Below are positions 56,177 to 64,000 of a stretch of 64,000 bases of DNA, piece by piece; within the stretch, counting starts at the first letter, position 1; each line of letters opens with the position of its first letter. The DNA is from Candidatus Blackallbacteria bacterium (GTDB lineage Bacteria > Cyanobacteriota > Sericytochromatia > UBA7694): the NCBI GenBank assembly GCA_051715345.1, contig JBPXJQ010000029.1:37240-101239 (forward strand), read 5' to 3'. Position numbers and translations under genes: made by a program. Under the pieces are notes generated by a model. That model was given only the letters and a program-made list of their open reading frames with translations. It searched no databases and was not told the DNA's origin.

Positions 56177-58954
56177 TCATGATACAGGCTTATGAGAGAG
56201 GTGGGAATCGCTCAACAATTTTAAGATCTCGCTGTATTCGAATTGCTGGGCCCATTGATTGAGCAAATGCCCCAGTTCGGGGCTGTGGGGAAAAATGGCG
56301 GCGATGGATTTTTCCAAGGCCTCCATATAACCGAGTTCGGCTGCTTCGCGCAGATTTGCAAGCTTGGCAGAGGGAATGCCTGCGAGAATGGCAACCCAGT
56401 CTTTTTGTTGCAGTGTCTGGGTTTCCGCATAACGGTAATTTAAACCCAATTGTTCAGCAATCAAACTCCAGATTTCGTGCTCTTGAATGGGCTTTCGGAT
56501 AAACAGATCACAGCCTGCAGCCAAGGTTTTGGCTTGTTCATCTGAAAACGCACTGGCGGTCACAGCCACGATCACTGTTTTCTGATAACCCGCTTTAATC
56601 AGGTCTTTGATCTCCCGAGCGGCCTGATAACCGTCCATAATCGGCATGCGCATATCCAGCAGAATCAAGTGGGGTTGCCAAGATTTAAATTTGTCCACTG
56701 CAACTTGACCATTTTCGGCCAGTTGTATTTGAAATCCCAATGGACGCAGATAGTGTTCGAGTAAATGGCAATTGTGGGGATCATCATCAACGATCAAAAT
56801 TCGGATTTCGCCTTGGTCAGGTGCCAGACCCAGGATTTTTTTCGGCATTTGAATGACAGGTTGGTTGGGGCCGCTGAGCAAAACAGGGATCTGGAATTCA
56901 AACCGTGACCCTTGGCCCAAACTACTTTGAACTGCCAGTTTCCCGCCCATTTTTTCAATCAATTGTTGGCTGATGGCCAAACCCAAGCCCACCCCTTCGC
57001 GGCTGCGACCCAGACTTTGCAATTGCACAAAGGGCTGAAAAATACTTTCCAACTGATCCGCTGAAATCCCCAGGCCTGTATCTTCAACCAAAAAATGGAG
57101 TTGGTATGTTTGCGGTGCCGTCAAAGCCCGGGCTTTGACCTTGAGACTGACCTTCCCACTTTCTGTGTATTTGAGCGCGTTGTTGAGCAGATTAATCAAA
57201 ATCTGACGCAATTGTTTTTCATCACATCGAATCAAGCGCGGGGTGTTCAGGGCCATCTCTACTTTGAGTTCGAGCCCTTTGGCCTGGGCCTTAAATTGCA
57301 ACATCTCCTGCAAATCGTGAACCAGCAATTGTAAATCGCAATTGTCTTCATGTAATTCCAAGTTTCCCGCTTCAATTTTTGCCATTTCCAGGACATCGTT
57401 GAGGAGTTTAAGCAGGTGATCCCCACTGTTGACAATAATATTTAATTTATCGCGGTGTTCAGTGGCCAGTCCATGGGCATTGCGCAAAAGTCGGGAGAAG
57501 CCAATAATTGAATTTAAGGGTGTTCGTATCTCATGGCTCATATGGGCCAAAAATTGGCTTTTGGCTTGGTTGGCTTGGGCCAATTGGGCTGTGCGTTGTG
57601 AGACTTTTTGTTCAAGATCGAGGTTTTGGGATTGCATCAGGTTGTAAAGCCGGGTATTTTCGAGTGATATGGCTGCTTGGCTAGAAAGCAATTCGAGAAT
57701 TTGTAGTTCGTGGGGGCTGAAATGCCCAGCCTCGGTGGTGTTTTCCAGATAGAGCACGCCACTGAGTTGGCCTTTGTTGAGAATCGGAAGACAGAGCACT
57801 GCTTCTGGTTCACAGGCCAGTAAATAAGCGTCTTCGCTAAAGGGGTGATCGGCGGTTAAATCGTTGAGCAGTACGCGCTGCTTGCTCTGAATCACGGCTT
57901 CAACAACCGCTGAGGAAACCATCCGGTTTTTGTAAAGACTTTGGTGCAGGATATAAATATCTTTGTTCCACTCCGCGTGGGCCTCTATCCACCAAGTTCC
58001 GCCTTCAGGCAAAAGCAATGATACTTTTTGGGCTCCCGAATATTCCATCATCAAGGTCAGCAATTTTTCTAAAAAATGATTCAGACTGATCTCACTTGAA
58101 AGGGCCTGTGAGGCTTTCAGCAGACTGACCAGGTCGAGATCTTCGGCTTTGATTTCGGCCAGACTGGGAAGCCTGGTGTCTGGGTCGGGCAGGGGCTGAG
58201 GCGCAAGCAATAAAAAAGGATATTGGTGTTCCAATTTTAATTTCAGTGCAACAATTTCCCAATTGCAATACATTTGATAAGCAGCCTGCAAATAGATTTC
58301 GGCGATGCGGATATGCCCCAAGCCAAAATAAAACTGGCCAGCGAGCTCTTGGGCCAGGGCCTCTAATTGGGGCACATGGTGCAATTTGGCCTCTTCAATC
58401 GCTTGATCATATAGGCGCATGGCCATCGGGATTTGATGATGGCAGTGGGCCCGCTCGGCTTCAATCAGACTGGTTTCGGGTAAATAATTGCCTTTAAATT
58501 TGGCGGTTGCCCTTTTTAATTGGCTGAGTATTTTTTGGATAGTGGGTGCCAATCGCTTACTTGAACCCGTCTCACGGCAATATTTTAATGCGACCAAGGC
58601 CAAGCTGGAGCGGGCTTCGATGACCCAAATCGGATCTGGGTGTGTTGAGAGATTGAGCAAACAGCTTTCAAGCGCTTGCAAATGTGGAGACGATCCATGG
58701 TGATCGAGCAAGTAGGCACAGACGAGGGTCTGGGCGCTTCTCATTGGTTCAGGGGCCTGTTCTGCCTCGGGTGTTTTCAGCAGATGAAAGCAGGCTTCAA
58801 GCAGAGGCACACGCAAATGGGGTTGTTTAAACATACCCCAGAATTTTAACAGTTTTGATGTTCGGGCTTCAAATTCTGTTTTCAGGATCAACCTTTTATC
58901 TCTTTCTGCTTGGCTGAATTGATTCTCCTCCCTTACACTGAAGCGAGATGACAT
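56177..58954 (-). CDS. Hybrid sensor histidine kinase (N-terminal helical/GAF region, HisKA, HATPase_c, two receiver domains)
   Basis: H-box HMSHEIRTPLNSIIG. G-boxes. Receivers ILIVDDDPHNCHLL...LLDMRMP and a second LVHQQTG...LLDMRMP domain. The start may be a downstream Met, since ATG 58954 overlaps the divergent SNF2 start. Confidence 0.75.
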   Translation of the reverse strand: MSSRFSVREENQFSQAERDKRLILKTEFEARTSKLLKFWGMFKQPHLRVPLLEACFHLLKTPEAEQAPEPMRSAQTLVCAYLLDHHGSSPHLQALESCLLNLSTHPDPIWVIEARSSLALVALKYCRETGSSKRLAPTIQKILSQLKRATAKFKGNYLPETSLIEAERAHCHHQIPMAMRLYDQAIEEAKLHHVPQLEALAQELAGQFYFGLGHIRIAEIYLQAAYQMYCNWEIVALKLKLEHQYPFLLLAPQPLPDPDTRLPSLAEIKAEDLDLVSLLKASQALSSEISLNHFLEKLLTLMMEYSGAQKVSLLLPEGGTWWIEAHAEWNKDIYILHQSLYKNRMVSSAVVEAVIQSKQRVLLNDLTADHPFSEDAYLLACEPEAVLCLPILNKGQLSGVLYLENTTEAGHFSPHELQILELLSSQAAISLENTRLYNLMQSQNLDLEQKVSQRTAQLAQANQAKSQFLAHMSHEIRTPLNSIIGFSRLLRNAHGLATEHRDKLNIIVNSGDHLLKLLNDVLEMAKIEAGNLELHEDNCDLQLLVHDLQEMLQFKAQAKGLELKVEMALNTPRLIRCDEKQLRQILINLLNNALKYTESGKVSLKVKARALTAPQTYQLHFLVEDTGLGISADQLESIFQPFVQLQSLGRSREGVGLGLAISQQLIEKMGGKLAVQSSLGQGSRFEFQIPVLLSGPNQPVIQMPKKILGLAPDQGEIRILIVDDDPHNCHLLEHYLRPLGFQIQLAENGQVAVDKFKSWQPHLILLDMRMPIMDGYQAAREIKDLIKAGYQKTVIVAVTASAFSDEQAKTLAAGCDLFIRKPIQEHEIWSLIAEQLGLNYRYAETQTLQQKDWVAILAGIPSAKLANLREAAELGYMEALEKSIAAIFPHSPELGHLLNQWAQQFEYSEILKLLSDSHLSHKPVS

Positions 58955-61900
58955 TATCGAAAATCGAAAACATAATCCAAAAAGCCTACGGCAAAGTAGC
59001 TGCAGACAAAGGCTGGACCTATTGGCGCCAGGACCGCGTACTGCATTTTGACTGCCAGACCCTGCCAGGCGTGACGCTGGTCGACGGCCTTGTAAAAGGC
59101 AGCCGACAGCTTCCGTATGAGGTCACGCTCGAAATTGATCCGAGCCGACCCGCCAATATGACCGGGCAGTGCAATTGTCCGATTGAATTTGACTGCAAAC
59201 ATTGTGCTGCATTGGGCTATGCCTGGCTTGCCCGGCAAGACCGTGTCGCTGCACCTGTTGCCAAGAAGCCCTATCAGCCGGAACCTTATCAGCCTGAATC
59301 TTATCAACCTGAACCCTATCAGCCCGAGCGTCAACAACCAGAACGTCAACAACCAGAACGCACGGCCCGTAAAAATCGGCCCGATCCACAACCCCCACAA
59401 GCCCGTGGTCAAAACCGCAGCGAAAATGCGCAACCCTTTAGGGCTTGGTTGGGTCGTCTGCGCAAGCAGGCCACCCAGACCAACCCTGATCGTCCCCAGC
59501 CTCTGCGCTTGTTGTATGTGCTTTCAATTGTGGGTGATCAGGCCAAAATTGACTTGCGTACCTTTGATTCCAAACGGGGCAGAAATGGCAGTCGATTGAC
59601 CCGTCCTGAGCCTCTGAGCAAATTATTGGGTCCCCAAACCCGTCACACTCCCGAAGATCAAGAAATTGCCCGACTTTTGATGAGCCTGGCAGACCCAGGC
59701 CTTGCCGCTGCCTCAATCACCAGCTTGGTGCTCAAGGGCAGCACGGGTGCCTTGGCCCTGGACCTGATGTTGGCCAGTGGCCGCTGCCGCATGCAGAGTC
59801 CAGATGGTTTGCGTTTGGTTCAGGGGGAGTCCCGTCCCTTGGATTTTGCCTGGCGCCAAGCCCCCAAAGGTTGGCAATTACATGCCATCAGTACCCCGCC
59901 TGTCAAGCAGGCTTTTCAGATCGATGGGCCCTGGTATTTTGATGCCAGCACACGCAGTCTTGGCCCCCTTGAAACGGAAATGCCACCTGGACTGGTCGAA
60001 GAGTTGCTCAAGGCTCCAAGTATTCCCAAGGGCCAGATCGAGGCCGCCAATGCCGAATTGTTAAAACTGGTGCCCGAACTCAAACTCAAATTGCCCGAAG
60101 GGGCCCGCAATGAACTTAAGAAAATTGCGGGGGTTGAGCCTGAGCCCAAACTTGTTCTGAGAGGGTTGCCCCGCGAAGGTCGCGATCCCCTTTATGTCGC
60201 CCAATTGGCTTTTGATTATTCAGGCGTTTTGCTCAATCCCACCAACGAGAACCCGTCTTTGCGCCTTGAACAAAGAGGGCGGACCTATCAATTGCAACGC
60301 GAACCAGAGGCCGAAAAACGCTTCCGCGAACAATTGCTTGATTCTTGCCTAGAAGCTGTGGGTGATGGCGTGACGCACGTCTTGCCAGGAGATGGGGCTT
60401 TGGCCCAGGCCCAAGCTTGGGAGTATTGGCTCAGGGTCTCTGTACCTGAATTGGAGTCCTTGGGCTGGAGCGTAAACCTCACCGAAGATTTTAGTTTAAA
60501 GGTGTATCCCGGCGAAAGCGACTGGGAAGCCAGTATCAGCAATGACGAAAAAGGCGAGTGGTTTGACCTGAGTTTGGGCATCGAAATTGATGGCAAACAT
60601 GTTAATTTATTGCCCTTGTTAGAAGGTCTTTTGCAATCGGTGGATGAACCCCAGGAATTGCTCGAACGCTTGGCCAAGGAAGAGTTTCTCTTGTTGCCAG
60701 TGGGCATAGAGCGCTGGTTACGAGTGCCTTCCAGTCGGATCAAAGGCATGTTGGCCACCCTGATTGAACTCTATGATGATGAAGGTCTCAATCCTGATGG
60801 ATCTGTGCGTCTGAATTGGCATCAAGGTCTGGGGTTGGGCAGTTTGCTCAACGATCCTGGCCTGCATTGGCAAGGCGGTGATCACCTGCGCAAATTGGCC
60901 AGTCGCTTGCATGATTTTGGCGGGCTCGACATGGTTCAGGTGCCAGAGGGATTTAATGCCACCCTGCGTCCCTATCAGCAAGAAGGTCTCAATTGGCTGC
61001 AATTTCTGCGAGAGTTTGGCTTTCATGGCGTGCTCGCCGACGATATGGGTTTGGGCAAGACAATTCAGACCCTGGCGCATTTGCTGATTGAAAAACGCTC
61101 GGGGCGGGCCGATAAGCCGACGTTGGTGATTGCCCCTACCAGTGTTGTCCCCAATTGGCGCCGGGAAGCCGAAAAATTTGCTCCTGATCTCAAGGTCTTG
61201 GTCTTACATGGGGCCAATCGTGCTGAAGACTTTGCCAAAATGGCCGATGCAGACCTGATTTTAACCACCTATGCCCTGATTCGCATCGACCTCGAACACT
61301 ACCTTGAGCATTGTTTTCATTTGCTCATTCTCGACGAAGCCCAGATGATCAAAAATCCATTGGCCAAAACGGCCCAGGCTGTTTGCAAGCTCGAAGCCAG
61401 GCACCGTCTAGCGCTGAGTGGTACCCCCGTCGAAAATCATCTCGACGAACTCTGGTCGATCTATCGCTTTTTGATGCCTGGTTTTCTTGGCAGTGCCAAA
61501 GAGTTTGGCCGCCGCTTCCGTACACCGATCGAAAAATTGGGAGATGGAATTCGCGCCGATGCCCTGCGCCAGCGTATGCGTCCATTTTTGCTCAGACGTA
61601 CCAAGCTTGAAGTGGCCCGCGATTTGCCGCCCAAGAGCGAGATGGTTCAATATGTGGCTCTCAGTGGTGCCCAGCGCGATCTCTACGAGACCATCCGGGT
61701 GGCTCTGGATGCCCGTGTGCGCGAGGAAATCGGTAAAATTGGCCTCAAACGCAGCCAGATAGTACTCTTAGACGCCCTGCTTAAACTGCGACAAATCTGC
61801 TGTGATCCCCGCCTGCCCAAGTTAGATGAGGCCAAAAAAGTCAAAGATTCGGCCAAACTCGAATGGTTGCTCGAAACGGTGCCCGAAATGGTGGAAGAAG

Positions 61901-62355
61901 GCCGCAAAATTCTGATCTTCTCGCAATTTGTGAGCATGTTGGATTTGATTGAAGCCGGTTTGGAAAAGCAGAATATTCCCTCTTTGCGCTTAACAGGCGC
62001 CACGCGCAAGCGTGAAAATGTGGTGGATGCCTTTCAGCGTGGCGATGCGCCCGTCTTTTTGGTTTCTCTCAAAGCAGGTGGGGTGGGTATCAACCTGACT
62101 GCCGCAGACACCGTAATTCACTACGATCCTTGGTGGAATCCCGCTGCTGAAAACCAAGCCACCGATCGGGCGTGGCGCATTGGCCAAGACAAACCGGTTT
62201 TTGTCTACAAACTGATCTGCGAACAGACCGTTGAAGAAAAGATTTTGCTGCTGCAACAGAAGAAAGCCGCTCTGAGCGAGGGCATCTACAGCGAGCAGGC
62301 CGATGGAACTTTGCGGATCGAAGCGGAAGATTTGCTGGCCCTGCTCGAAAATTAA
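58948..62355 (+). CDS. SNF2-family helicase with an N-terminal SWIM zinc finger and a Pro/Gln-rich repeat linker
   Basis: SWIM finger CNCPIEFDCKHCAALGYAW. SNF2_N motifs LADDMGLGKTIQ and DEAQMIKN. Helicase_C motifs. 1135 aa. Confidence 0.75.
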   Translation: MTLSKIENIIQKAYGKVAADKGWTYWRQDRVLHFDCQTLPGVTLVDGLVKGSRQLPYEVTLEIDPSRPANMTGQCNCPIEFDCKHCAALGYAWLARQDRVAAPVAKKPYQPEPYQPESYQPEPYQPERQQPERQQPERTARKNRPDPQPPQARGQNRSENAQPFRAWLGRLRKQATQTNPDRPQPLRLLYVLSIVGDQAKIDLRTFDSKRGRNGSRLTRPEPLSKLLGPQTRHTPEDQEIARLLMSLADPGLAAASITSLVLKGSTGALALDLMLASGRCRMQSPDGLRLVQGESRPLDFAWRQAPKGWQLHAISTPPVKQAFQIDGPWYFDASTRSLGPLETEMPPGLVEELLKAPSIPKGQIEAANAELLKLVPELKLKLPEGARNELKKIAGVEPEPKLVLRGLPREGRDPLYVAQLAFDYSGVLLNPTNENPSLRLEQRGRTYQLQREPEAEKRFREQLLDSCLEAVGDGVTHVLPGDGALAQAQAWEYWLRVSVPELESLGWSVNLTEDFSLKVYPGESDWEASISNDEKGEWFDLSLGIEIDGKHVNLLPLLEGLLQSVDEPQELLERLAKEEFLLLPVGIERWLRVPSSRIKGMLATLIELYDDEGLNPDGSVRLNWHQGLGLGSLLNDPGLHWQGGDHLRKLASRLHDFGGLDMVQVPEGFNATLRPYQQEGLNWLQFLREFGFHGVLADDMGLGKTIQTLAHLLIEKRSGRADKPTLVIAPTSVVPNWRREAEKFAPDLKVLVLHGANRAEDFAKMADADLILTTYALIRIDLEHYLEHCFHLLILDEAQMIKNPLAKTAQAVCKLEARHRLALSGTPVENHLDELWSIYRFLMPGFLGSAKEFGRRFRTPIEKLGDGIRADALRQRMRPFLLRRTKLEVARDLPPKSEMVQYVALSGAQRDLYETIRVALDARVREEIGKIGLKRSQIVLLDALLKLRQICCDPRLPKLDEAKKVKDSAKLEWLLETVPEMVEEGRKILIFSQFVSMLDLIEAGLEKQNIPSLRLTGATRKRENVVDAFQRGDAPVFLVSLKAGGVGINLTAADTVIHYDPWWNPAAENQATDRAWRIGQDKPVFVYKLICEQTVEEKILLLQQKKAALSEGIYSEQADGTLRIEAEDLLALLEN
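59269..59358 (+). repeat. Six tandem 15-nt units encoding (P)YQPE-x four times then RQQPE twice, inside the SNF2 gene
   Basis: Units CCCTATCAGCCGGAA, CCTTATCAGCCTGAA, TCTTATCAACCTGAA, CCCTATCAGCCCGAG, CGTCAACAACCAGAA and CGTCAACAACCAGAA, read directly. Confidence 0.8.
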
Positions 62356-62381
62356 ATCTATTTTTTCAGGACTGAGTCAGG

Positions 62382-62753
62382 CTACTTCTTTGAGGGGCTT
62401 TGTTCTGGGCAAGTTGCTTTACAGGCCGTGGCTTGGCCCAATTTACAGGCTTCAGACCAAGCTCCTTTTGCCTCAGGACAGCGATTGAGGGCTGCCAGTG
62501 CATCTCCCCGGCCTGCCAATAAGCTGCTCCGCTGAGGGCTTGTAGGTGAGTCTTTGAGGGCTTTGAGTCCTTTGTCAAAATAGAGCAAAGCCAAGTCCGC
62601 GCGGGATTGGGTGAGCGCTTCGCGCCCTTCCATTTCTGCTGCCAGCGCTTTGTCCTGCTGCAATTGTTCTCCCCCGCCAAGCCGGCCCATGAAGACATAG
62701 AGCACAATCATGCCGATGAAGATCAGGGCCAAGACAATTGGAAAAATTTTCAT
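62382..62753 (-). CDS. Small membrane-anchored TPR-like protein with a C-terminal Cys motif
   Basis: N-terminal transmembrane helix MKIFPIVLALIFIGMIVLYVF. C-terminus ACKLGQATACKATC resembles the C-terminus of the TPR protein at 28863-29741. Located 19 nt downstream of the CHAP gene. Confidence 0.4.
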   Translation of the reverse strand: MKIFPIVLALIFIGMIVLYVFMGRLGGGEQLQQDKALAAEMEGREALTQSRADLALLYFDKGLKALKDSPTSPQRSSLLAGRGDALAALNRCPEAKGAWSEACKLGQATACKATCPEQSPSKK

Positions 62754-62772
62754 AATTTACCTTTGATTCAGA

Positions 62773-63624
62773 CTATCGTTTGCTGATCTTTGCTGCAACA
62801 GGGAGAAATGCACGGAATGGCGCACCGCCATAGTGAGAGAGCATCTGGGGGCGAATATGGTCGGAAATTTCATTGCCCTGACCATCGGCTATCGAGATAT
62901 GGCCTGATCGGGAGTTTCCTTTGCCCCAGACCACAATCGCCCCAGCAGGTAATTTTTCCAAAACTTTGACACTGGGGAAGATCTCCTGAAATGATCTGCT
63001 TTTGGCCAAATAATCCGCGGCCATATAGGCATGATAACCCGCCAAAAATGGATCTGTGAAAGCGTGGATTGCTTCAGCGACAAAACGGTAACAGTATCTT
63101 TCGGTTCCAATCACGCGGGCGCGGGCATAGTTGACCAGGGCCCGGCCAAAGTGTGGGTTATAATTGCCCCGCTCGGCTTCTTTCTGAAGTTTTTCAAGCG
63201 TCTCAGGTCCAATAATGCCCCAAAAGGGGCTGTTGGTCTGTACCAGCCTGTGTTTTTCTTGAAATTGGCCCACATGATTCAGGGTCTCACGATCAAAGTG
63301 TTCATGCTGGGTCACAGGGTAACCCAGTCCATTTAAAAGGGCTTTGACCTCTTTTACCGCTGGTCCCTGCTGGCCAAGGCGCAAAAGTGCACCTTGCTGT
63401 ATTTCTGAGATGCTAGGCGAGCGCAGGGCATCTGCCAATCGCGCTTGCTCAATTTGATTTAATGTGTTTGCCTTGTCGTCGCGGGCATCGATATAAGCAA
63501 GTTGTAATTTTTCAGTGTGGGTTTCGGATTCTGGCAGGAGTCCGTTCGTAGACGGTGCGGCAATAGCGCTTTGCAAGATGCAGAATTGGGCCAGAACGAG
63601 TAGTGTAAGGGTGATTCGATTCAT
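62773..63624 (-). CDS. Secreted peptidoglycan-binding-domain protein with a CHAP-like cysteine/histidine peptidase domain
   Basis: Signal peptide MNRITLTLLVLAQFCILQSAIA. PG_binding_1-like GPAVKEVKALLNGLGYPV. Cys (RYCYRFVAEAI) and His (SRSGHISIADG) arranged as in CHAP. Confidence 0.5.
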   Translation of the reverse strand: MNRITLTLLVLAQFCILQSAIAAPSTNGLLPESETHTEKLQLAYIDARDDKANTLNQIEQARLADALRSPSISEIQQGALLRLGQQGPAVKEVKALLNGLGYPVTQHEHFDRETLNHVGQFQEKHRLVQTNSPFWGIIGPETLEKLQKEAERGNYNPHFGRALVNYARARVIGTERYCYRFVAEAIHAFTDPFLAGYHAYMAADYLAKSRSFQEIFPSVKVLEKLPAGAIVVWGKGNSRSGHISIADGQGNEISDHIRPQMLSHYGGAPFRAFLPVAAKISKR

Positions 63625-64000
63625 ATATTCATACCTCTGGTTTGCTTTTTCTGTTCCCTGTCTCCAACAGGGGGATCCTTAACAAATGTTAAAGAAAAGG
63701 CAAATTTCAGCCGTTGAGCATTATGGCCCTTGGGTCGCAAATGGGGCAAGTACTTAGACTAATTACCAATTCTAATTTACCTAACCCAAATGCAGATAAA
63801 CGCAAGCTTTCAGGCTTGTTGGAATTTTTTTTCGTCTCGGGGCTTGTGAACGCAATTGTTATTAAAATGTGACGAAAATTCAGTTAAAAATTTTTACTTT
63901 TTGCGTTTTTGGATTATTTGATAATTTTTTGGTATTTCCCATTATTTTCTGGAGTCTTTCGGGATTTTTATCTCTACTGAATGAGTCCAAACGTGTGCAA

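Noticed and set aside
59269-59358. Tandem 15-nt repeats considered as a CRISPR or minisatellite element
   Set aside because: Units are contiguous with no spacers, lie in frame inside a helicase ORF and encode a peptide repeat. Also reported as a coding repeat feature, not a CRISPR array.
58954-59433. 159-aa minus-strand ORF overlapping the SNF2 N-terminus
   Set aside because: Created by the antisense reading of the 15-nt tandem repeat (RLIRFRLIRF...). This is a repeat artefact.

Overview
This 64 kb window looks like bacterial chromosomal DNA with dense coding on both strands and no rRNA, tRNA or CRISPR array visible. I could support about 52 protein-coding genes, many in tightly coupled operons with 4-nt ATGA or 1-nt start/stop overlaps. 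The ORF track uses GTG and TTG starts, and I moved several starts to the better ATG/RBS positions noted per feature.

Housekeeping and salvage genes are recognisable: a HIT protein, a CPBP protease, solA-like N-methyltryptophan oxidase, a NadR-type NMNAT/ribosylnicotinamide kinase, NAD kinase, RecJ, apt, rel/spoT, prs, a TudS-like DUF523 protein, a macro-domain protein, a GH31 glycosidase and a BaiN-like flavoprotein. Signalling content is heavy: a cNMP-binding histidine kinase, a hybrid histidine kinase, a GGDEF response regulator, a Crp/Fnr regulator, and a GspE-like ATPase with three MshEN c-di-GMP-type motifs.

An accessory-looking block runs from about 37 to 55 kb. It holds a macro-domain protein plus OleB/OleC/OleD homologues with no OleA thiolase, then a CHRD protein, an ABC-2 exporter and a YkgJ-type Cys-cluster protein. 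It ends with the most system-like element in the window: a five-gene, translationally coupled operon (47584-54933) with a Tdh-like dehydrogenase, an AsnB-type amidotransferase, a SAM methyltransferase, a PhyH-type Fe/2OG dioxygenase and an A-T-R carboxylic-acid reductase. That operon is predicted to make a modified amino-aldehyde or amino-alcohol small molecule.

Other unusual loci are a molybdopterin-oxidoreductase-fold protein with no Fe-S cysteine motif co-operonic with the cNMP histidine kinase and its regulator, a TMEM175-like channel / AlkZ-like glycosylase / B12-radical-SAM operon, a RecJ with a roughly 300-aa C-terminal extension coupled to a TPR protein, and a SWIM-SNF2 helicase carrying a 15-nt coding tandem repeat. 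Function calls rest on motifs I could read by eye. No database search was run.
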